Source: Endomicrobiales bacterium
GTDB lineage: Bacteria; Elusimicrobiota; Endomicrobiia; Endomicrobiales; JALOBY01
Direction: 5' to 3'
NCBI GenBank assembly: GCA_963796955.1
Contig: CAWCNJ010000004.1
Coordinates: 224,001 to 288,000 of the forward strand
DNA: 64,000 bases
Both the position numbers and the translations under genes were made by a program. Positions 58,801-64,000 of the stretch are shown piece after piece (position 1 is the stretch's first letter; each line of letters starts with the position of its first letter). The notes under the pieces are model-generated. The model was given only the letters and a program-made list of their open reading frames with translations. It did not search any database and was not told the DNA's origin.

Positions 58801-61538
58801 ATGGGAAATCGGTATATGTGGAGAAAGTGGTTAGAAATACGTCCATATCGGTAATGACAAATTTCTCTCAGTGGATCGGCCATGGAGTGTTTGATCATTC
58901 GAAATTAATTCAGATACTTAGCTATTACGAGACAGATGGATACAAAATATTTGAACACGATGATCTGGAATCGCTTTATAAAGATATTCGTGACCATGTA
59001 CAAGCAATATCAGATTATGCGCAAGACGATAGTTTCCTTAAAAATTATTCCATCCCTGATGTTAGCAAATATACCAAGGAAAACCCAATGTCGCGTTCGC
59101 AGGCTGTGATGTACTTCCTGAACGAAGCCTTCGGCGGTAGTTCGCCGGAAGCCGCCCAGCGCTACGCGCGGTTCAAACGAATAGTCGCTCAGATGGAAAA
59201 AGTAGAACCCGACTTTGAAAAATACATCCAGGCCGTCATAGCCGATTACAACAACTGGAAGGCCGCCCAAACTGCCGCGACTAGTCAAAAAGACAAGTCT
59301 GACACCGAAATATCAACGCTATCCAATGTTTCATATAGCAGCGTAATGCATGTTTCATTGTTCGATAAGGCGTTGAAGGATCTTGAATTTGTTTATAGCG
59401 ATAGCGTTGAGCGGGCAGTGAAGGATGGGTTGGATCGTACCGCTACGGAAAAAGGCAATCCCGATGAAGTGACTGTGGCGAACGTGCGGTTTTTTAAAGT
59501 ATGGTCCGGCGTACATCGTATTTGGGTCTGTGCGAGGGAACAACATACCGGAATGCGGGCGGTGCTGGACGAGCTTGGGATCGAATACTGGTTAAAGTAC
59601 GATGACAAAGCCCAGATCGTGATCTCGCAGCACAGTTTAAAGGCGCTCTCTATAACGAATCCTGAAAGGATCGCCAGGGAGTTGGATTCTGCGCTGGACC
59701 GTAAGGCCGCTGACGATAAAACGCCCAATTCAGTTGTGTTGTGCGGTGTCAGGTTCTTCAGAGTCCAGGCCGGCAAATGGCCCAGGTGGGCTGCTGAGCG
59801 TAAAGAGCACGACGCTTTTATTAAGCTCGGTACAAACCCGGGAAGCCCCGTGCAGTTTATCGTAAAAGAAAATAGGCAGCCAGAGAATGAAGCCGTATCA
59901 CTGGATTTTCATAATGTCCCAGCGGCGAAGCTTCGCGAGATCATTCAATCGTATCACGCTGTTACCACGGATGATAACGGCGGATTACATACCAATATCT
60001 ATCTGCTGGATGCCCCGACTCCTGATATGGAAAGCTGGGATTGGCACAACACGGGTATGGTCGTGAACGGTAACCCGGTATGGTTCAGCGCGAAAGCGAA
60101 TGCGCTGGTGCTGTTTTCCGAAGGAGCGCAAAGCTCGGAAGTTGCAGCGCGTATCGCAATGACAATGACGGATAGGAATGGCGTGAAAGAAGGCCGGCTG
60201 ATCCGTCAGGCATTTGAGCGTCTGGGCCGGGAGCAGGAGATCGATCTGAGCGCCCGGGGCTATCAGGTGGGCATCCGCATAGATCACTCCGCGCCGGGGG
60301 AAACCGTGAATTATATCAACGGTGAAATGGTGGTGAGTGCGGGCTATTTCGAGGCGGGCGGAAAGACGACACCCGGCAGGATTTCCCTAAAGCTTGGCGG
60401 ATTAGAAAAATTTCGCAAAGCTGAAAGCAAGGCGTTGCAGCAGGAAATATATATCGGCATGGATGATGTAAACGACTTTAACGGATTGCTGGAAGAACTG
60501 GCTTTGTTCGACCGGGCAGGCAGCGGGCAGATGGTAGTAAAGGCTGCCGTATTTGACGGGAAGAGTGAAACGCAGATACGCGCTGTCACAGATCTTGCCC
60601 GTAGGGCTGGTATTAAAATAATGATCAACACTGTCCAGGGTTGTCAGCGCGATTGGCAGTCGCTTGGTTTTGCAGGATATTATGACGGACGCAAAATGTA
60701 TGATTTCACGGCGAAACCAGAGGGGGACAGTGCGGATGAAATAGGCGATTTCAAAACGCCGGATGTATTAAAAAGCAAGCTTGCCGGATCAAACGCGGCT
60801 TATAAGATAGTTACATGGAGCAACTTGAAGGGGTTGCTTGCCGAGCGATCCATTGTTGAGCGTGTTGCGATAGGTGAAATACTGAAAACTTCCGTGTTGG
60901 GCCTGTATAGGGCCGAGACGACGCTGACAGAGAACTATGTCCGGGACGTGGGGTATAATTTGGAACGGGATGCATTGCCCACGGTGATAAACGACTCCGC
61001 GCTGGCTGATGCGGTGAAGAGCGGTTCCGTTGAAGAGATACAGGAAGCGCTTCAAATAAACGGGCAGGAACATGTTGTCAACGCATATCTTGCTAAACTG
61101 GCCGGAGACATTGGCGGGAAGAATCAGCAGAAGCTAAAGGAACTTCAACTGGCGTTCTTAACCGCGGTCGTTGAAAAAGCTCTGTCTAAATCAAAACTTG
61201 ATAGCGTCGGTAAGACCGATGGCCTTGCGGATCAGGGTTTTGAGATAACTCTTGGCCAAAAACTGCTGAAGCAAAAGCAGGATAATACTGCCGGGCCTGT
61301 TGATGTAAAAACGCTTACGATGTTTGCAGGTCTGGAAAAAGAAAAATTAGCGGGTGAATTCTTCCGCTCTCTTTCAACGAAAGTAACTGAATTAAACGCT
61401 CGCAAAGATCCTGAGGCAATAAACACCGTAATAGAACTAATAGCCGCCCGCGCTGAAACGAAAATACGTTTTGATAAGGATTCTCTGCAGACCAAGTTCG
61501 ATGCCGAAGCCGTAACCGCCGTCCTTGAAGCCGGATAA
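52389..61538 (+). CDS. Giant multidomain protein, part 2 (HE-module, WD40 propeller, HATPase-like, HE-module, Ser/Thr kinase, unknown C-terminal domains); probably continuous with 41733
   Basis: 3049-aa ORF beginning in the middle of a repeat, same frame as part 1; WSxDG repeats; NSCDA..DNGLG; YRDLKPSN..APE. Confidence 0.85.
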   Translation: MRQTPGFPSELIDKIQVYDRAGPENDECWMYTGEGSIGFTTIELGEKDGETITAIPISAGLLDGNIFSLEEQAAAITHEPHALTWRKANRIKGKLPATDEGYHKYLGKKAEADKATEEEKLEAALMDRVKPMLDREVTSLPFVISKEIAEYFPGVELAEGAVSSLGEILGSTQSQSRDMENVSGVDNTVSPANSTKLKSDAGSILVHTGAAGATADRVVRMIRAALSAGGIVLDEGTELALTAGISAGVVSASSDVTGIGQGRLLWWDGCERPFEQEIKEATGLDVSVTTVQGTGPADMMFVEKGVWGFLTYDPRNKTVVVSDGIWRPFLAPGVGEFEDEERLSMFTLAAGSDRALNEPASQEQAELLGYLSKKLSHRELFDDAEMKHIGDGGAGAKELYDRLMVARGKEAIDVLDQLLRAAGITKKAFEYWYDAIRESVHSGDTTHKAEVEVLDRIEKAASLSQFSTFDDSLQGKVTALVNGALDVVARGTLTTGLITSIAGLADAKTTVHMPVPCVVELSASGVKLSRAVRMLDMGLPFKPKEQKSWMLRRQESGLVQRSAQRRLKLGAPSIPAQEKRDAQPPQKEALLLEPAQQMPETGLIPGAPQQETPALKMQKDGLPLENTKRKAETGQMKKAEPIGEPVVINSWLDDGRLVLAGNGECFFGYLDQEGRCALQGSPYIKIQGAFGLNNTNGEIPVLHGDVFAGAAAEVYNFDEMQGGYRREPVFGDDQFYSWGYYPRRISCAMNGKYRGKFAVCGPHGTLNVEVWWQGQRRLEPIKLTYFGGPQVMTDFYALEWSHDGKRLAVCGDKGEVWILERNEDRTWKFMKLEAQDESGKAIGEFARTRITQSHWSPDGRLLVSGEMKGDKSRAWILDLRNTAGYQVKAHLLTNTHGQPLCSVSDAAWSGDNRLAIGGSTDRDGAHSVYVYAPGETTYEVQQVALPGADKAEQVRSLAFSKSNRLGVVGYHDVVIENVPDKVWVLNLKGDGVFANTVKLEGVNIRIANLSWSPDGRWLCGSGSASAANIWEVGPLAELAAQGRLENTGTAGDRHELLANRVAGAAGVGSQVLVTAQTETNESAATSVKPNNLRMPPTADSTDPQISIADEQLLQKYLAKLGKGPRLLFEFPNMPLLDRQLNKTEFNEWKKQRQAVWSQIYVVVTSLPCKIMDAKLGYGDRIRYVLNETFHNSCDAIFSNYDARVLKNSGVPVRPANYVGKIWVDVSVVGNNLVFKVMDNGLGIYAANTNQKKNLRKALASVYFGDLGEGLDNISKYVADKSLSYEQKLAFSQEDRKVSETVITVPLANVTFVQESLARLPSLQAAEEDYLQEPIGTKSSLSTNVDMRDDKNGKHEQSLGVVIKSSAELALSAEGVRQLVAGSVQGAASLIALEIAKQHPKPYKSFTDPERVADSSPEVVAKLNKLIDALRDRGVSEDIIAKIQVYPRDGPEGYIWTDEGSIGFAGALFDGTPQHNLTLLPVSEGLFTRYPNVEDQVIAILHEPYAADWRRANGWPATDEEYHKELLGGLSKGTLPSEKIREAELIKDVEDLLNKVIPALPFNVTEDIAEYFPGAKSAINTEKSITELLKLVKSDTRSIGVDTGAYPVIPGYRITGKAGSGTTAIVYSATESATGLKVAAKVARSTCLEKSKPQLETESKFFAMSTSGRFPRLITHGVTKLGEPYEIMGFVAGKTLEKWIYDNRKATGTAYSIRCLSIIFQIVQALQEAHVQHNVIYRDLKPSNVMVEDIPGGAVKVTLVDAGLVTAVGEPQDGSGTYAFSAPEQQPGSIADLRFDFFPAGLLLFRLLIHNDWALSDLRKNMDLVRLDEGLKRELTNIIEKAVAQQPKDRYHNDKEFLDEVDQALALARRIESAETAWADRYRFEHPVLSHLPILGTYLMRRIVANSVNPVSSQKTTRLTTGETVKNYIVKHSAMRFIYTHNILWLGRGFVIACVSISRSELGASVAELGMFAEAIAARLTNDNTAYNKLVLAHKPEGMSEEDWLQSAAKEKVESGFLALEAKLLRNFPGVTPAAVLTNKIVHAWIVETHRKHNLAVLMNFKLHIINLGRILTLRKPLPYGLLTTNGEDKSNAVAQDLAPLVLPKEPEISARMSNLKKARVLSEYILLLSDLFYQVCPDGKSVYVEKVVRNTSISVMTNFSQWIGHGVFDHSKLIQILSYYETDGYKIFEHDDLESLYKDIRDHVQAISDYAQDDSFLKNYSIPDVSKYTKENPMSRSQAVMYFLNEAFGGSSPEAAQRYARFKRIVAQMEKVEPDFEKYIQAVIADYNNWKAAQTAATSQKDKSDTEISTLSNVSYSSVMHVSLFDKALKDLEFVYSDSVERAVKDGLDRTATEKGNPDEVTVANVRFFKVWSGVHRIWVCAREQHTGMRAVLDELGIEYWLKYDDKAQIVISQHSLKALSITNPERIARELDSALDRKAADDKTPNSVVLCGVRFFRVQAGKWPRWAAERKEHDAFIKLGTNPGSPVQFIVKENRQPENEAVSLDFHNVPAAKLREIIQSYHAVTTDDNGGLHTNIYLLDAPTPDMESWDWHNTGMVVNGNPVWFSAKANALVLFSEGAQSSEVAARIAMTMTDRNGVKEGRLIRQAFERLGREQEIDLSARGYQVGIRIDHSAPGETVNYINGEMVVSAGYFEAGGKTTPGRISLKLGGLEKFRKAESKALQQEIYIGMDDVNDFNGLLEELALFDRAGSGQMVVKAAVFDGKSETQIRAVTDLARRAGIKIMINTVQGCQRDWQSLGFAGYYDGRKMYDFTAKPEGDSADEIGDFKTPDVLKSKLAGSNAAYKIVTWSNLKGLLAERSIVERVAIGEILKTSVLGLYRAETTLTENYVRDVGYNLERDALPTVINDSALADAVKSGSVEEIQEALQINGQEHVVNAYLAKLAGDIGGKNQQKLKELQLAFLTAVVEKALSKSKLDSVGKTDGLADQGFEITLGQKLLKQKQDNTAGPVDVKTLTMFAGLEKEKLAGEFFRSLSTKVTELNARKDPEAINTVIELIAARAETKIRFDKDSLQTKFDAEAVTAVLEAG
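56454..57152 (+). repeat. Internal HE-module copy 3 (more divergent)
   Basis: QSLGVVIKSSA...PRDGP...EGSIGF...AILHEP...PATDEEYH...EYFPG. Confidence 0.9.
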
Positions 61539-61566
61539 TGCACTATCCCGCCTGCTGTCTGTTCGC

Positions 61567-61605
61567 AAAAAAAACCACGAAAGTTTCTTTTCGTGGTTTT
61601 TTTTT
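61567..61605. terminator. Bidirectional intrinsic terminator
   Basis: A8-CCACGAAA-gtttct-TTTCGTGG-T9 between convergent genes. Confidence 0.88.
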
Positions 61606-61619
61606 GTTCGTTACTATGT

Positions 61620-62099
61620 TTATTTTTTGTGTTTTTTTCCGGTCAGGTCAATGATCAGCGGCACTTCGCCGCAATCGGGGAAATGGGGGCAATTAATGCA
61701 CTCGCCCCAGACTTTGTGGGGAAGTTCGTCGCGGGATATTTGCTTGTAGCCTAGTTTCTCAAAGAAGCCCGGTCTGTAGGTGAGGCAGAAAACCTTGTGA
61801 ATACCGAGCATCAGGGAATTTTTTTGACAGGCTATCACCATTTTAGTGCCCACGCCTTTGCCTCTTACGCTTTGATCGACGGCCAGGGCTTTTACTTCGG
61901 CAAGATCTTCCCATGATACATGCAGGGCGCAGCAGCCGACCATTTTTTTCCCCTCGACAGCGACGATATATTCCTGCAGATTTTCGTAAATAGAGTTCAG
62001 AGACCTCGGCAGCATTTCCCGTTCTTTGGCGTAATGGTTGATAAGAGCATGCATCGCTTTAACGTCCTGCGCTGTGGCGGGCCGTATTTTAATGTTCAT
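61620..62099 (-). CDS. argA: GNAT N-acetyltransferase, short ArgA (N-acetylglutamate synthase) type
   Basis: MLPRSL, LAEVKALAV, RGKGVG, FFEKLGY, LPHKVWGEC. Confidence 0.78.
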   Translation of the reverse strand: MNIKIRPATAQDVKAMHALINHYAKEREMLPRSLNSIYENLQEYIVAVEGKKMVGCCALHVSWEDLAEVKALAVDQSVRGKGVGTKMVIACQKNSLMLGIHKVFCLTYRPGFFEKLGYKQISRDELPHKVWGECINCPHFPDCGEVPLIIDLTGKKHKK

Positions 62100-62113
62100 A
62101 TTTATCCTTTGAA

Positions 62114-62653
62114 TTATTTGTGAGCGTAGCCAAGTTCAAGGGCGCGCTGGTTGAGTGGTATCAGTTTCGGTTTGTCCGCGAGCACTGTCTCGCAGGCCTT
62201 CTGGGCTGAAGCGAGTTTCAGCAACTTTGTGGAGTTTAGGTACGCGCCGATGGCTATCAGATTAGCGACCCGTGTATCTCCGAGCTGTTTGTCGGCTATT
62301 TCGCTGGCCGGTATCTCGGTGCATACTATACCTTTCGGTATATTTAATTCACTTCGTCGTACAAGAGAAGAGTTAAGGATCATTGTTCCATTAGCGGTCA
62401 GGCGTTCCATGAACCGTTTAGTGGCTATCTCATTGAGTGCTATCAATGCGTTCGGGCGAAAGGAAACCGGCGAGCCGATCTCTTCATCGGCGATCATGAT
62501 GGTAGAGTTGGCCGAGCCGCCGCGCATTTCAGCGCCATAGGCCGGGAACCAGGAAGTTTCTTTGCCTTCTTCCAGCGCGGCTTGGGCGAGCAAAAGCCCG
62601 GAAAACAATACGCCCTGCCCGCCAAAACCAGCTATTATTATTTCGTTTTTCAT
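62114..62653 (-). CDS. 2-oxoacid:ferredoxin oxidoreductase gamma subunit
   Basis: AGFGGQG, YGAEMRGG. Confidence 0.9.
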   Translation of the reverse strand: MKNEIIIAGFGGQGVLFSGLLLAQAALEEGKETSWFPAYGAEMRGGSANSTIMIADEEIGSPVSFRPNALIALNEIATKRFMERLTANGTMILNSSLVRRSELNIPKGIVCTEIPASEIADKQLGDTRVANLIAIGAYLNSTKLLKLASAQKACETVLADKPKLIPLNQRALELGYAHK

Positions 62654-63405
62654 TTGTATTCTATAACCTTTGAATTGTCTTTGTATATGCCAAGCGGATA
62701 ATATTTCATGAATGTTTCATCTATCCATTTCACTGATTCCGCCGGGGTCATACCCCAGTTCACGGGACATTGTGAAAGCACTTCCACCAGTGAAAAGCCC
62801 TTTCCGCTTATCTGTATCTCAAAAGCTTTTTTAATCGCTCTTTTCGCGGCTAAAATGTTCTTAGGGTTGTTTACCGCTACCCGTTCCAGATAGGTAACAC
62901 CGCTAAGAGACTGAAGCAGTTCGCAAACCTTGAGGGGGAAGCCGTCCCGGTTAGCATCCCGGCCGAACGGCGATGTAACTGATTTCTGCCCGATAAGCGT
63001 TGTCGGCGCCATCTGTCCGCCGGTCATGCCGTAAATACCGTTGTTCACGAAGATCACTGTTATGTTCTCTCCACGGTTGGCGGCATGTACTGTTTCAGCG
63101 GTGCCGATAGCGGCTAGGTCGCCGTCTCCCTGATAGGTGAAAACCACCTTGTCCGGGTTAGTGCGCTTTATCCCGGTAGCCACAGCAGGCGGCCTGCCAT
63201 GCGGCGCTTCTGTCACGTCGAAATTGAAATATTCGTACGCAAATACCGCGCAGCCTACCGGTGCCACGGCTATTACTTTTTCACGCACGCAAAGCTCGTC
63301 GATAACTTCGGCAACCAGCCGGTGTGTTATACCATGTCCGCAGCCGCCGCAGTAGAGGTGCTGAACGTCTTTAAGCGCATCCGGTTTGCCGTAAATTTTA
63401 TTCAT
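62650..63405 (-). CDS. 2-oxoacid:ferredoxin oxidoreductase beta (TPP-binding) subunit
   Basis: YCGGCGHG, HGR, QGDGD, NNGIYGMTGGQMAPTT. Confidence 0.92.
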   Translation of the reverse strand: MNKIYGKPDALKDVQHLYCGGCGHGITHRLVAEVIDELCVREKVIAVAPVGCAVFAYEYFNFDVTEAPHGRPPAVATGIKRTNPDKVVFTYQGDGDLAAIGTAETVHAANRGENITVIFVNNGIYGMTGGQMAPTTLIGQKSVTSPFGRDANRDGFPLKVCELLQSLSGVTYLERVAVNNPKNILAAKRAIKKAFEIQISGKGFSLVEVLSQCPVNWGMTPAESVKWIDETFMKYYPLGIYKDNSKVIEYK

Positions 63406-63406
63406 A

Positions 63407-64000
63407 TTATTTTGCCTGTAATCGTTTTATTATTTCTTCTTCATCGACAACTCCGCCGCCGGCCCTGCCGTAAAACTCCACGGGGGACTTACCATTGACG
63501 GCCAAGCGCACATCTTCTACCATCTGGCCGGCGTTCATCTCTACCACTAAAAACTTTTTCGAGGCTGATGCCGCCTTTGAGATCACTTCGCTGGGGAACG
63601 GCCAAAGTGTAATAGGCCTTACAAGTCCGGCCTTAATGCCAAGTTCCCTTGCCCTGCGGACCGCTGATTTGGCAATGCGCCCGGCAATGCCAAAGGCAAC
63701 AACTATCTGGTCTGCTTCTTCAAGGAACTCAGTTTCAACTCTTATTTCATCTTTAGTTATCGCGGCGTATTTCTTTTGTAGTTTAAGGTTGTGGTTCTCC
63801 AGCTCTCCTTCCATCATAAGAAGGGAGTGCAGCGATCTCGGCTCTCTGCCCTTACAGCCGTCCAGTACCCAATCGCGGTCTTCGCTGCCGTTGGCGCTTG
63901 CAGGGCAGTGGTCTTTAATTTCTATCGGTTCCATCATCTGGCCTACTATCCCGTCGCTCAGTATCATTACCGGGTTACGGTACTTTTCTGAAAGCGCGAA
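63407..64000 (-). CDS. 2-oxoacid:ferredoxin oxidoreductase alpha subunit (VorB-like), 5' part off window
   Basis: Frame open to the window edge (FALSEKYRNPVMILSDG); GQMMEP, RPITLWPFP, VEMNAGQM. Confidence 0.88.
   Translation of the reverse strand, partial: FALSEKYRNPVMILSDGIVGQMMEPIEIKDHCPASANGSEDRDWVLDGCKGREPRSLHSLLMMEGELENHNLKLQKKYAAITKDEIRVETEFLEEADQIVVAFGIAGRIAKSAVRRARELGIKAGLVRPITLWPFPSEVISKAASASKKFLVVEMNAGQMVEDVRLAVNGKSPVEFYGRAGGGVVDEEEIIKRLQAK

Overview
Bacterial chromosomal window with no rRNA, tRNA, CRISPR array or transposase seen. The gene order and giant-gene type suggest Elusimicrobiota or a relative (inference only). Contents in order: an ABC/HlyD/TolC efflux operon; a signalling cluster built around a PilZ-HMG-CoA-reductase-like fusion that is translationally coupled to a multi-TM GAF histidine kinase; HNH-trpB2-nfnAB-rlmD; feoB plus a DtxR regulator; an amidase; higBA; a Drr-type ABC pair; aspS-phoH-HD-ybeY-CNNM-CNNM-recO-glyQS; a ~19.8 kb giant gene; and argA plus 2-oxoacid:ferredoxin oxidoreductase genes. 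The giant gene (41733-61538, about 6,600 codons if the break near 52.1-52.4 kb is repaired) has a signal peptide and an N-terminal TIKI/EreA-like domain. Three copies of a ~235-aa 'QSLG...R[AD]GP...HEP...DE[GE]YH' module separate blocks of unrelated domains: methyltransferase, helical repeats, GlnD-like nucleotidyltransferase, glycosyltransferase, HAD, WD40, HATPase and Ser/Thr kinase. It is preceded by a leader ORF that reads through a terminator. The two best candidates for undescribed systems are (1) this modular secreted polyprotein and (2) the PilZ-reductase/sensor-kinase pair as a possible signal synthase-receptor cassette. Several conserved genes carry single-base indels, probably sequencing or assembly errors. 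All domain calls come from motifs read by eye; no searches were run.
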